Shown here piece by piece: positions 11,209 to 28,740 of a DNA stretch of 64,000 bases. Under the pieces are notes generated by a model. That model did not search any database, was not told where the DNA came from, and was given only the letters and a program-made list of their open reading frames with translations. Source of the stretch: Octopus vulgaris. Lineage: Eukaryota. The DNA is taken from NCBI GenBank assembly GCA_951406725.2, contig OX597819.1, positions 83,576,001-83,640,000 on the forward strand, written 5' to 3'. The stretch's first letter is position 1. Each line of letters opens with the position of its first letter. Position numbers and translations under genes: made by a program.

Positions 11209-12012
11209 AGTCTGATCAATGAGTATCCGGACTGTTGCTATAATAATGAAGTTAAACTACACTGAGTGAAACCACTTGGCAAAGATTGACCTAAGTTTTA
11301 ACATTCTAGCTCATTTCTGCTGTTTACAGCAGTGCTTGGAAGAAAGGTGTGTAGTGTGTAATTGTCACATTGACCATGACAGAGAAAGTTGAGCAGAGGA
11401 TCTACATCAAAATTTGCCAAAAGCTTGGCAATACCTGCTCACAAGCCTAAGCAAAGTTTTCAAAAAGTTTTCATCTTGTGCAACTGAAACCTGAGTGACC
11501 TTTTGGTCAGTTGAAAGCAGTTTTGGCACAAACTTGACAGACACATGTCTCATACCCAAATCTTCAATGATAATGGACTGAACCACAACTAATCTGCACA
11601 TCCTCTGATAACTCACAGATGGTAATTTGATGATTTCCCCTCACAGCTGCGCACACATCTATGATGTTTTTCTCAGTTCTGCTGGTTGCAGATCTCCCAG
11701 AACATTCATCAATATTGACATTTATTTGGCCATCTTGGAAACATCTGTGGTTCATACACTTTCTTCAACTTTGCACAGGCCTCTGAGCAGGTACTGCCAT
11801 GACAACTTTCTTTGTCATGGTCAATGCAATGACCATATGCTATACACCTTCTTTCTAAGCACTGTTGTAAATAGCAGAAGTGAGCTAGAATGTTAAACCT
11901 TAGTGCGCAAGCACAGCAGAATTCAAGTTCAGTCTTTGACAAACGGCTTCACTCTATGTGCTTTAACTTTGTTACTATGGCTACAGTCCATATACTTATT
12001 GATCAGACCATG
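11206..12012. mobile_element. Mariner-derived fold-back element with transposase relic
   Basis: TIR CCTAGTCTGATCAATGAGTAT / ATACTTATTGATCAGACCATG, TA flanks; minus-strand SGRSATSRT..ITICELSE..LGMRHVSVKFVPKLL. Confidence 0.85.
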
Positions 12013-15953
<3,941 letters not shown>

Positions 15954-15977
15954 TATATATATATATACACGCACACA

Positions 15978-17481
15978 CACTGGCTTACAGGACTGAATTT
16001 GAACTTCAAAACAAAAATCAACCCAAAACTAGGGATCGTTTTATATACTCCATATAAAATCTGAACCATAACTTCCTGTGGTTTAGAGTAGCACCAATGG
16101 CAATGGAAAACAATGTAAAGCAGTTGCATAGGTCCTATGGTGCTACACCACAGTATTTTCTACTGATACTCAGACAAATCGATGAAGAACACTGTAAAAC
16201 ATTCACATAGATCTTATGGTTCTACAACTCAGTATTTTCTACTGATACTTACACATATGTTTGAGAAGCTGGATTAATATTAAAATCATATCAAAATAAC
16301 AGCACAGCAATCTTAGCAGACAGACACCAGTCACCATTTACAACAGCTGGCAGACAGAAAATGTAAACAATCAGCCCATTCAGCCATGTCCCAGATCCAT
16401 TCTGTTTACACTGCTTCCTTAGAGTGCTCTCTCATACAGCACCCAGCCAGCTGAGGGCTTTCAGAACAAGCATAGTTTACAGTAACTAACCTACTTGATA
16501 TGGCAGATTAGCAGCATATAGCAGTACCTTCTGTGACTGGCCAGTTTGTGTCAGTCAGACCAATCACAATAAACCTTACTTTTAAATGTTTACTGACAGG
16601 GTTTCTTGAAAAGGCTCAAGTTGTCACTCTTTCATAAGCAGTAGTACTCTCACTGGGTGAACATTAATTTCCAGCAACTGTAAAACCTCCCTCATGGCTC
16701 CAAATGATAAACGAAAGAAATATGAAGTAGGTTTTAAGCTGAAAGTGGTAGCAAACACCAAGTCCCACAATTGTGCTACTGCGAGAGAATACAGTGTAAC
16801 CGAGAAGATGGTAAGAATTTGGAGATTAAAAGAAGACCTATTAAGGAGTGAACCCAGGACAAAATGTGCAATGAGAGGAGGCACTGCAGACTGACCAATT
16901 CTATGTAAGCATGTAACAGACATGGTCCATGAGTAGCATCAAAATGGATACACTGTTTCAAGACCAATGGTCTCATGAAGCAAGACAAAATTTACAAATT
17001 AAAGAAAATACTAGCAGTGTACTTTGTAACAACATTTCTAATATATTACAATATAATACATACTGTAAGTGAACTTGTAAATCCATTTGAAGTAGATGGT
17101 GTTGTTATGGTATACTTGACACCATGTTAGTTCCTGTAAAATAAGTGACGTCTAAGTGACATCACTAGGGTAGTGTTTACACCAGCCAGATACATTTGAT
17201 GTGTACTATAGTAGGTAATTTACAATATTTGACTACTTTTTAAAAAGAACTGAATAAATTTTAAGCAACCAGACTGCAGAATTGTTGCATATAAAGTTTA
17301 CTGATTGAAACATTCTTAAAATACTATTGAAATACAAGAAAAATAGAGATTTCAGGGGCTGCTGGGGAAGCTTCAGCTCACCCATAAACAAAAACCTTGC
17401 GCCTTCAGCACTCAAGCTATTTTCCACGAAAACTTGGGGTTGTCTTATACACTCAGTCGTATTATACACCAGCATATACAG

Positions 17482-17483
<2 letters not shown>
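15978..17483 (+). mobile_element. pogo/Tigger-like DNA transposon relic
   Basis: 16694-16894 encodes a Brinker-type HTH (KRKKYEVGFKLKVV..AREYSVTEKMVRIWR); right end ggggttgtcttatacac..tatacagta; left end degenerate. Confidence 0.7.
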
Positions 17484-17521
<38 letters not shown>

Positions 17522-17527
<6 letters not shown>

Positions 17528-17602
17528 GTGTCTATAAATTATCTTTACTACTTCCACACTCCTACACTTCAAATTGTAATGGTAATTTATGGACACCCTG
17601 TA
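17522..17602. mobile_element. ~80-bp Tc1/mariner-type mini-MITE
   Basis: catggtgtctataaatta / taatttatggacaccctgta. Confidence 0.6.
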
Positions 17603-17791
17603 CACACACACACACACACACACATATATACACACACACACATATATACACACACACACATATATACACACACACACATATATATACACACACACACATT
17701 CAGGTGTGTTTATATTTATTTCTATGTGTGCAATTACATTCTTATTCCTAAATCTATGCAGAATAACTTTAGCAAGACAATTCTCTTGTAG

Positions 17792-17933
17792 TATGCAACT
17801 GCTGTTACCAAGTATGATCGTCATGGTTACAAGCCTCGAAACCGTATCCTCATTGTTACAAACCAAGCTCTCTATGTTTTGAATGAAAAAGATTTCAAAG
17901 TGAAGGATAAAATAACTTTCATGCAACTAAAAC
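17792..17933 (+). CDS. MYO1C: Myosin I TH1/PH exon with phosphoinositide-binding beta1-beta2 motif
   Basis: ctcttgtAG|...|GTaagt; 142 nt, phase 0-1; YATAVTKYDRHGYKPRNRILIVTNQALYVLNEKDFKVKDKITFMQLK resembles Myo1c [23 protein letters not shown]. Confidence 0.95.
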
Positions 17934-19851
17934 GTAAGTATGTTCCTTCAGTTATTGTGCTCTTGTTCTTTTTGAAGTGTCATTTGGTTGCAAAAGAGAA
18001 TTTCCTTTTCCAGATACTGGGTGGATATAAAGTCAAGTACTTATTTTAATAAAAATTACTCACTTTATGCTTTTCTTTTAAAAACCCTTAGAGTGAATAC
18101 AAAGGAGCATATGGTGTTAGTTATCTACTGAATTGTGTAAAGCCTGCAAATGGTAGCTCTTTTTTATGCAAAATAACCTTCAGGATTTTGTGCACAGATG
18201 TCCTTAAGAAAATGAGTCTTTGTGCTGGTACATGAAGAAAATCATATGAACTTTTATTAGTGATTTGATGTACTGTATTCACTTTATCCTCTGACATACT
18301 TGGATATCCTGTTCTTTCATCACGTATGGAACTATCTATCCTTCCATTTTTGCCACTCGCTTTTCCCAGAAGGGTCTTGAGGGTTAGAGTTCTCAGAGGC
18401 ATCTCCTCCATAGGGCACTATCAGGATCAGTCCTCATTATGCTTTCCTGCTGGATTCCCAAGCATGATCAACTGAGGCAATGGATATTATCCAACCATCT
18501 CACTCACAGTACTCCTAGGTCTTCTGCCAGTTGGCATGGCTTGAAGAATTTTCCTTGCAATCCTTTCCTGCAACATTCTAACCACATGTCTGTCGTATCA
18601 GAGTCTCGACCCTTCATCATCTTCAATTCAGAGAAATGGAGGCTCAACCTTGAGAGACTCCCTGATCTTCAAGATATACTTTTATTTAATGTGTTAGAAA
18701 GTGCATTTAGGAACATTGGTGCTCCAAGATACATGAAGTTCACATTATATTTAACAAGGAATTTGTTCAGATATCATTTACAATCTTTTAAGCAGTAGTT
18801 TTGATAGAATTTTTCCTACAATTGAGTGTAGGTAAATTCCTTAGTAGTTTCCACAGTCCTGTCAGTTGCTCTTATAAATGGTAACTATCTATGCATTCTT
18901 GAATTGCAGGAGTAAGTTACCACATTGCCCCATTCTCTGAAGAATTAGAGAGGTCTGTAGTATAATTCGCTCCCATAATGCTTTTTAGACTTCTATAATC
19001 TTGCTGTCATTACCAGGATCTTTCTCTGGTTTTATTTTACAATTTAGTTACTAGTCCCTCTATATTCAGCAGTAGATCCAAACTAATATATTCTAGAACT
19101 TGTGAAAACATCCAGAGTTTCACAAGAAACTGCTGAATTTGGTTGTGTTGACATAAATGATCTGAGAGCAAACTCAACCATTAATGAAATTAAACTGCAA
19201 ATCTGTGGATTTACATTGGCATCAGAGTTATTTACTACAGCACCATCTGCTATCACTTCAGTTATATTGCTAAACTAAGTATTAGATATCACTTATTCAG
19301 TACCTCAAAACTAACTGATTAAATGCCTCTTTGTCATTTGACAGAGTATTGTACTACCATCAAAGAGGCAGTTTTCCAACAACTGGCATTACCAAAATGT
19401 TTAATATGCATTGACTCATTCCAGAGTGCTGAAAGTTTAAGTACTTTTCTCAGGAGCATTTCATTCATACAAATTGTAAGATCATTGTACAAATAAGTAC
19501 TTTGTTATCTTGATCTGGAACATGAGACATGTGCAGCCCAGTTTTCATTTTTGTACTATGATACACCAAGCTAAATAAATCATATATTCCAATATTTTGG
19601 ATGGAATGAAATGATGGAGGCTCAGCTGTTTGGACTCATTGAGTTTGGCACAGCTTACTTGACATTGAAACTGTTTGGTGACAGTACTTTTTGACACTGG
19701 TGACAAACACACATACACACACACATATGTGTGTGTACTGAAATATACACATACAGATAGAGAAAGAAAGAGTGAGAGAGGAAGGAAGACATTTCAATTT
19801 ATTAATTGAAATCTATTGACATAAGCACTTTTCTTCTCCTCACACATGTAA

Positions 19852-19888
<37 letters not shown>

Positions 19889-20153
19889 AAGTGAAATATT
19901 AAAATGTCTGATGTTAAATAAGTCAGCATTAAATCAGTGGTGCCAAAAAGGCAGGCCAAAACAGCTATATGAAAACATCTCATTCCCTTTTATGGAAGCT
20001 TTTCCCTGTTCGTTATGAATGAATTAATAATAAAGTCTTGTTTTATTTTTGTTTGTGTTTTTTATGCTGATTTCCTATAAGTCCAATTATTTGCCTAATT
20101 CCAATAAGAACATGTCAGAGTATATATATACTATTCTGTGCTTTTGTATATAG

Positions 20154-20224
20154 GTGTAATGACCAGCCCTTTGACAGATGGTATCTTTGTTGCTATAGTA
20201 ACAACTGAGGAAAATGGGACCAAG
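20154..20224 (+). CDS. MYO1C: Myosin I TH1/PH exon
   Basis: ttttgtatatAG|...|GTgagt; 71 nt, phase 1-0; (R)VMTSPLTDGIFVAIVTTEENGTK resembles ISVSSLSDSLFVLHV...KQK. Confidence 0.9.
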
Positions 20225-22377
20225 GTGAGTGAGCTTGTTGTTAAAAAGCATCTGTTATGCAACTTTTAATAACGTGACTAATACTTAAAAATGATGGTAA
20301 GAAATTGCATGACTTAAAAAGGATTTATCTAATTATATTTTAACTACTAATACTGCATTAATTATTTTGATAACGACCATAAGCAAGAATGTACATTGCC
20401 ACACTTTAGGATGTGAAAGTACTACAACCCATTTTGCGAAATTAATCTATATACATCTCTATACTAGACAGTGTTATATTTTCTCTTACTTAGCTATAGA
20501 ATTATTAGCAACTCTTTGTAGTGAACACTATTAATTGACACCATATTAAAATAAAATTATAAACATTTCTTAAATTGCATAGCAACTTTTTATTTTTCTG
20601 AAAATAAAATAGCCAATAATTTAAATGGATAATTTCTGAATTAGAAGTTGTTTATTATATTCGTGAGATAAATGTAAAATTTGAGGAAAGTAGCAATGGT
20701 TTACATTGGACACAATTAGTCTATAAGAGAGTTGGATATAACCTCATTGCTGCAATGAGTGTAGAATCTAATATTTTGGGTTTTACGATTCATCTGTGCA
20801 TAAGGAAAGGAGCAATATAAAGACTGGTGATGGAGGCAATTAGCAACACTTTTTTTTTAATCCTTATTTCACTCATATGAAAGACAACAACCTGAAATGT
20901 TATTTTCTACACTCATTCCTCATGGTAAATGAACTTATTAATACATTTATGATTATGTTGGCATTGGTCTTTTTAATTTCTATAATAACCAGCTGGTGTT
21001 GATTGAAGTAGGTTTTTCTTTATTCTTATAATTTTTTTTTTTTTTTTGCTTTCTTTTGTGTTTAGGTGTTGTTGATAATTACACTATATATATTAACAGT
21101 GTTCAATTAAGGAAGATAGAAATGTGGAAATTCAAACATTTCCCAGTTTTCATAAATAATGTCAACTTAGATATAGTTTGCACTGTTTAGTATAAATCTT
21201 TCAATTTGTTTGTGATATGTTTAAGAGACCATTATCTTATCTTAATGGGAAGCATTTTTTTCATAAGTTGAATTTTAAAATGGAAAGCTTTCTTAATTTT
21301 CCACTTTATGCTATACCAAAATATTTGTGTAACTAGTAAACAGAAATATTAGAGTACCAGACTAAATGCTTTTATATTCTTAGTTTAATTCCTGTTGTGA
21401 TTAAATTGGGGTTCCCCCCATGACTCAAAATAAATTCTGATATTCTGGGTTGATTCAATATATTATATACTATAGTTTTAATAAAGCTTTATTTGACCAT
21501 ATTTGAAAACCTTTTTAATTTCCTCCTGCATAATAATGAAGAAATGAAAGAAAAATATTGTAACCAGTTTAACTCTTAATTATAGCTTTTGTTTCAATTA
21601 ATTGTGAAAATAATGAAGAATTTAGTAAAATAACATTTTAATTATTAAACTGGTTTAGAACATGAATTAACATGAAATTTTTGACAGAAGATTTTAAATT
21701 AGATCACTTTAAAATAGAAATTTTATATCATAGAGCCAGAAAACAGGTTGATATTAAAAATGACATTCTAGCAAATTTAGTTTATTTACAATATTTTGAC
21801 ATTGATTCATGCTTCTAACAGCTGAAATAATTTTACTTATCTGAGAATGTAAACATTTTATGGTAGTTAAGAAATTACAAAAAGATATATAGAATTTCAT
21901 TTGAAACTTGATAGTATTTTATATCTTGCGGATACAATCTTTTGTTATTTCTTTAAATAATTGTAATTGTTTTTACTAGCCAAATATCTTAGGCATGTTT
22001 GCACTCTAGTATCACAAAAAATATATGTGATTGAATCTACCCATGGCTCTTCAACATTTATCATCTATTCTTCAAAATTGCTAATTTCCATCATCTCATT
22101 TAATTTTGAACCATGAAAGTATAATTTTCATAAGTAATTGCTTGATTAAAAAACTGTATTGTCTGAGTGTTTTGTTTTCTTCATAGCTGTTATCTGTTTC
22201 TAGGTTAATTTATACTACATAATACTTTACAAAACAAAACGAAGTATTATACAGTATAAATTACTGGTGATATAATTGTCATTGCTCAATTGGTTACTAA
22301 CACAATACATTACAACTTTAGAATACATATTACAATTTCCTTAAAAAACCTACATTCATTTATTATTATTATTATTA

Positions 22378-22426
<49 letters not shown>

Positions 22427-22440
22427 TATCATCATCATAG

Positions 22441-23294
22441 AGGTGGCAAGCTGGCAGAATCATTAGAAGACTACACAAAATACATACAAAGACATACATC
22501 ATCTTGAAAGAGTCCAGAAGCTGGCTACCCGTATGGTTCTTGGTCTCAAGCATTTGTCTTATGAAGAAAGGCTGAAGACGCTCAACCTTTATTCTCTCAA
22601 CGACGCTGTGGTGATCTCACTCTCACTCACAACATCATAACTGGAAAGTGTAACCTCTTGAAAGAGCTGTTCTTCACTCCTGCTCCAGAGCGTGGGCTGC
22701 GGGGTCACTCCGAAAAGCAACAATTTCATCTCAATCGAAGGAGAGGGACTTTCTCCATCCGGGTTGCGGATCCGTGGAATAAGCTGCCGGACAAGATAGT
22801 GAAGATGCCGATGACCACTCGGTTCCAAGTCTCTCTTGACCAGAAATGGCCTGAACTCTTTATATGACCACCCTCCCTGTACATAACTCCCTGTCCCCCT
22901 ACATGGCCTTGCTTTTGCTTTTTAAGTCAATAAAAATTGAATTGAAAAAATGCTTAGTGGCATTTTTGGTCATTTTTGCCTTTTGAGTTTGAATTCTACC
23001 AAGGTCAACAATGCTTTTCATCCTTTCTGGGTCAATAAACTAAGTACCAGCTGAGAACTGGAGTTTAAAGGATTATTATTATTAAGGCTGTGAGCTTTAA
23101 TAATATCAGACAAAATACTTAGCAGCATTTCTGGCTTTACATTCTACGTTCAAATCACAATAAGGTCAACTTTGCCTTTCAACCTTTTGGGGTTGATAAA
23201 ATAAGTACCAGTAGAGCACTGAGATCGATGTAATCAACTAGCCTCCTCCCACAAAATTTCAGATTTTGTACCTGTTGTATAAAGGATTATTATA

Positions 23295-23335
<41 letters not shown>

Positions 23336-23552
23336 GGTAGGGAGATGGTAGAATTATTTGCATGCTGGACAAAGTGCTTAGCAGCATTTCATCCAACTTT
23401 ATATTCTGAGTTCAAATTCTACCAAGGTCGACTTTGCCTTTCATCCTTTCAGGGTCAATAAAATTAAGTACCAGTGGAGTACTGGGGTCGGTGTAATCAA
23501 CTTAACCCTTCCCTCAAAATTTCAGGCCTTGCACCTATCATAGAAAGGATTA
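22441..23552 (+). mobile_element. Three tandem family-B SINEs separated by (ATT)n
   Basis: Heads near 22441, 23085 and 23335, each with the core motif. Confidence 0.8.
22481..22945 (+). pseudogene. CR1-clade LINE 3' fragment inserted in a SINE
   Basis: HLERVQKLATRMVLGLKHLSYEERLKTLNL, RGHS, FSIRVADPWNKLP. Confidence 0.85.
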
Positions 23553-23647
23553 TTATCATTATTATTATTATTGCACTTTCTTCCCATTCACATGACATTT
23601 CATTGAACTAACATTTTATTTCTTTCCCCTTCATTTTGCTATCTCAG

Positions 23648-23683
23648 TCTGGAGGTGAGGATGATGATCCTGATTACGATAAG
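23648..23683 (+). CDS. Candidate alternative 36-nt micro-exon of the myosin I gene (SGGEDDDPDYDK)
   Basis: Long polypyrimidine tract then ctcAG; AAG|GTaaca donor; phase 0-0, no stop, purine-rich. Confidence 0.55.
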
Positions 23684-24390
23684 GTAACACCCATACCCTT
23701 CATGAAAGTACTTCCTCCCTTTACAGGCTTTATGATTCTTATGACCATTTCTTCAAATAAGCATGATTCAACTTTCTTTGCAACTTTACTTCCATAGAGA
23801 TGTTTTATCTTATTTTCTTTCTGAATATTTATTGAAAGTTTGCTTCTAGCCAGAAATGATTCTATTTTCAGTAAAATATATTTCAAATGTTTTATACAAA
23901 GTTAAAATTGTCTTGTTGGGTCACACAATTCTTCTAGTAAGTATATCTCCTAATATGATTGCTAATTTAGAACACTCATCAGAAATCTGTAATACCCTTA
24001 TTAAGAAATCATTCTAAGATTGCTTCAGTTTCTCATGATATGCTACAGTGAAATATTTTCCAATGCTAGAAGTTTTCTCATTGAAGAAGTCATTGTCAGA
24101 GCATACGTTCTATTGAATTTGAAATCATGTTCAGAGGACAACGTAAACCACATTATAGTCTTTACAATAGTTTTGTTACAATACATTGTATGGTTTCTGA
24201 GGAAAACACAATTCCTTTATCTGAATTTATAATAGTGACCATTAGCTGCATTGATCTATACCCCTGACTCGGCAGTGATTATTTTTCAAGTATCTGGTAT
24301 CATTTAGCGTGCTTGGAATAGAATTGAAGTGTTACCAGTTAGAGAGGCTTCTCTGAAATGTCAACAGTCAGTTTATATATAAATATACAC

Positions 24391-24421
<31 letters not shown>

Positions 24422-24437
24422 CATGCACACACACATA

Positions 24438-25778
24438 TTGGGTGTTCCCAAAAATGTGTACTCCCATTGAATGATTATATAGTTACCATTCATTAAAATA
24501 CATTTCATTTTCAAAATTTAACAGATTATACAGGTGGAATTTAATTTGTTTTTTTATGAACACCTGTTTTCAAACTGATGACTGTTCTGGTTCAGACAAT
24601 GCTGATAACACAAAGCAATGGAACTGCAAATATCAAGAAATGTTTCATTTGGTATTTGTGCTCATTATCATTCAATGGCTGCCCCCAGTTCATCAACTCT
24701 TGCTGGTTTTGCACTGTAAACTTTATCTTTTAAGTATCTCCATAGAAAAAGTACTGTGCTGTGAGATATAGTGATTGTGCAGAGTTTGCTATTGAACCTC
24801 TTCATCAAATCCACCTGTTTGGCAAAATCTCAACAAGATAGGCCCACACATTATGTCTTGCCAGAAATAAAACTCCACATTTTCAAGTCCTCTTGAATGC
24901 TTCACATAATGGATTGTTGTAGCAAGTTCAAGTGAAGGGTACCAGTTACAGTACCACCAAAAGTGAATGGTCCAATTTAACCCTTTTGGTAATAAGCTTT
25001 ACTGTACTGTAACATGATGTTTCTTTGTAATATGCAGGTTTTCGGGTCCCTAGTGGGTGCAATTATTGGAGTTAATTGAGCCATTTAATTTAAATGTAAC
25101 TGGATAATGATAACATGAAGGGATTTTTGTTGGAAAGTGTGAATCTTCTACATGTCTTACCAAGTACCGTTCACAAAACTCCTCTCTTCAGTCCAGATCA
25201 TCTTCATTAAAACTCCCTCTAAAACTGTCTTTGCACTTTGACTACATTTTCAAATTTAGTAGATACCATAAATCCTTGAGTATAATCCACATTTTTTCCC
25301 CAAAATTTAAAGGTCAAAACTCCTAGTTCATGAGGTTAAAAATGAAAATTATTTTATAAGCAATGTTCAGTTCTCTATTTGCTGTCCAGCAATGTTTATT
25401 CAGATGCATTTTATGACGTCAGGCGCGAAAATACCTTAAGCTAAGCCTGAAAGCAATGAAGTCATAAGTCATAAAAGAATCATCCATAACTTGCAGTAAG
25501 CAACATTTATTAAATGTTATTACTGTTATTTTTTTTATTTTCTGCAAAGAAAATACACAAAAATGCTACACGTTTGCATTATGTTATATATACAATAATA
25601 ATAAAGTATGTTACCGTATACATTTTTACAAACCAAGGACGTTATATAGACCTCCTTGACTCAAGTTAGAGAAGGGATGCGTATTATACACAAGGTTTAG
25701 GTTTTTCATAGGTACAGCCCCCTAAAAATCCCCTGTGTATTATACCGAAGGGCGGACTATACTTGAGGATTTACGGTA
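24438..25778. mobile_element. Tc1/mariner relic followed by a pogo/Tigger-type right end
   Basis: Begins tattgggtgttcccaaaa; ends gcggactatacttgaggatttacggta. Confidence 0.45.
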
Positions 25779-25823
25779 CTTTAAGATAAATTTCCTTTGA
25801 TCAAAGTTTAGTCTGGCTCCCTT

Positions 25824-26022
25824 CGAGCTGGCAGAATCATTAACATGCAGGACAAAATGCTTAGTGGTATTTTGCCCATCGCTACATTCTGAGTTCAAAT
25901 TCAGCTAAGGTTGACTTTGCCTTTTATCCTTTCGGGGTTGATAAATTAAGTACTGGAGTCACTGTAATTGACTTAACTACTCCCCTAAAATTTCAAGCCT
26001 TGTGCCTATAGTAGAAAAGATT
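25824..26022 (+). mobile_element. SINE family B
   Basis: Family match. Confidence 0.8.
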
Positions 26023-26109
26023 ATTTTTTATGGGTTAAAACTAAAAAGAAATAAGAATTGAGTTATCGGCCATTAAAGTGCATACACATTTTTGGGGAAC
26101 ACCATGTCT

Positions 26110-26428
26110 GTGTGTGTGCGTGTGTGTGGACTGTTGGCGATTCTTCCTTATTTTTCCTTCTTTCCCTTTGGACTTTCCTGTTTCCAGCGAAGAGCTATGC
26201 TCGAAATATTAACAACAACTCTTTCTCTTCACCAAGCTTCAAATTAATTTATTTTTTGTGCACGTCTATATATATATATATGATCTGTCTACTTGTATGC
26301 CCACCTTATATTCAGAAACTACAAAGTGAACACCAACAAAACCATACCTATTTTTATTGCTAGATCTGTATGACACTATTTTCCGATCAAGAAACCTGTA
26401 AAAAGACAAAAATTAGAAAAGAAGTAGT

Positions 26429-26468
<40 letters not shown>

Positions 26469-26950
26469 ACTCTCACTCTCTCTCTCTCTCTACCACTCTC
26501 CTTCTCTCTTTATCATTCTTTCAATAGGGGAATGGCAAGGGGTAGAAAATGAGAGTCACACATGAAGGAAAAGTAAAGAGAGTGAAAGTGGTGAAGGCAA
26601 CCATTTTTTTTTTGTATGGCTTCAAATGCTGTGTATTCTCTTTTGTTTTTAATTTGTGTCTTTAATTTTTTCATCACTCCTTCTATTTATGTGTCTCTCT
26701 TCCCCTCTCTCTCTCTATTCCCCTTTAAAAGGTGTGATCCTTCTGTCCGGCCTTTGCCATGATAGATCGCTAGCCACTACACATTCTTTATTATTCTCTC
26801 TCCTTGTTTCTTTCTGTGTTCCTTTCTGTGGAAGAGCGTAGGCTCAAAACGTTAAAGACTTTTTCACTTCCTGAGCGTTATACTAATACATCTGTTTGTT
26901 GTCTACACCACCTGTCTTCATCTTTTGTTTTTTTTGTGTGAATTCTCCCT
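26110..26950 (+). mobile_element. Two Penelope-like terminal fragments with degenerate hammerhead cores (~26178 and ~26822)
   Basis: gaagagctatgctcgaaa and ctgtggaagagcgtaggctcaaaacgtt; similar to 57585-57625. Confidence 0.5.
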
Positions 26951-27488
26951 ATATATATGTGTGTGTGTATGTAATACAATTTTTCTGAATCTTCAGATTT
27001 TTCTATATGCTAGACCACTGGTTTTAAATTGATATTAATCAAATTAATATTCAATTTTTCACCCTTATTATTTTAAATTTATATATATATATACATATAT
27101 ATATATATAAGTTCATATATTAAGAATACATACCTATTGATTTAAAGAAACTTCATTTCCCAAAATTACTAGGTGTAAAAACCAGTATTTCCTTGTATGC
27201 AACCATAACTTTACTAAGTTAACTTTTCCTCTGACTAACTTTACACACACGCTATATAAATGAGAGTATATGTGTGTATGTATTTGTGTATATCATGGAA
27301 AGGCTCCAAAAGAGTGCAACAGATTTGATTTTCAATGGGAAAGTTTTTGGTAATTAATGATAAAAATATATATGATTTGCTCCAAGAAATAATTCAATTT
27401 TAGATCACCAAATCTACCTCTCTATCTGTGTGTCAGGGTTTTTCTGTCTTCTATGCCTTTCCTCTCTATGTATTTACCACACTATTTA

Positions 27489-27564
<76 letters not shown>

Positions 27565-28179
27565 CCTCTCTCTCTCTGTATATCCATACTTTTCATGCAT
27601 GCTGCTCCTCTTCTCCCTCTAGATACTTCATGTAATGAAATATTGAGAGTGTCTGTCTATCTCTATGTACATTATTTACATAACTTTATTCATTAAAACT
27701 TATTAAGACTTCTCACAACTTGAATGAAATGTTTTCCTTTTGTTTTGTTTAATATTTCGTCATCAATGTTTTTGCTTTCATTTTGTGATAGACAGCTATC
27801 ATTCAGAAATTGCTAGCTTTCCAAATCCTGTTTTCTGATTGGGTAAAAATTATCAAACTTTAAACCTCTGCAACATTTTACTCAAATTTTTCCAGAATAA
27901 AGGAATCACACCAATTAACCAAATTTGAAAATTTTCACTTAATTTTCAGATTTCAAAATCTGTGACAGCAACAGAAGAAATTTCTCTATATATATATTGC
28001 TCTGTCTTTTACACTTTTCTCACTGTAAACTTCCCCCTCTCTGTATATATTTACCATATTCTCTCTCATTCTTTCTCTCTGTACATGTATATCACTCACA
28101 CTGTGTATGTGTGTGTGTGTACATGTGTATAAGGAATTTTATTAGGGTGACAGAATCAAAAGACCCTCACAAAACACCA

Positions 28180-28740
28180 GCAGCAATGGCCCAGTGGTTA
28201 GGGCAGCAGACTCGCGGTCGGAGCATCGTGGTTTCGATTCCCAGACTGGGCGTTGTGTGTGTTTATTGAGCGAAAACACCTAAAGCTCCACAAGGCTCCG
28301 GCAGGGGGTGGTGGCAACCCCAGTTGTACTCTTTCGTTCCAACTTTCTCTACCTCTTTCTTCCTGTTTCTTGTCCCCAACTTCCTACTCAACCACTGAGC
28401 CTGGATGCGCATTCATCCATCCTTCAATGCTCTCAGTGTTGGGAGCTGACCTGCTTTCTCTTCTGCAGGTCTTACATATAGCAAAGGACCACGCTTCAGA
28501 CTTCTCGAAGACCGTTCGCTCAACAAACAAACTAACAAACACCAGCAGCAAGTTAAGAAAAATCTTTACATCTATGCACCGAATGGGAAAACAAAAACTT
28601 TGTTTACTGAGACATAAATTCCCCAAAATAATGCAGAAATCCATTCTGCTCAAGAGGCTGTTGGAAAAGACATGGTCTGACATGGAATAAAAACATTGAA
28701 ATAAAGACATTCTATTGTGAAAATTGCCCAGCAACAACAG
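28180..28740 (+). mobile_element. tRNA-headed SINE-like element
   Basis: A-box TGGCCCAGTGGTT, B-box GGTTTCGATTCC. Confidence 0.6.
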
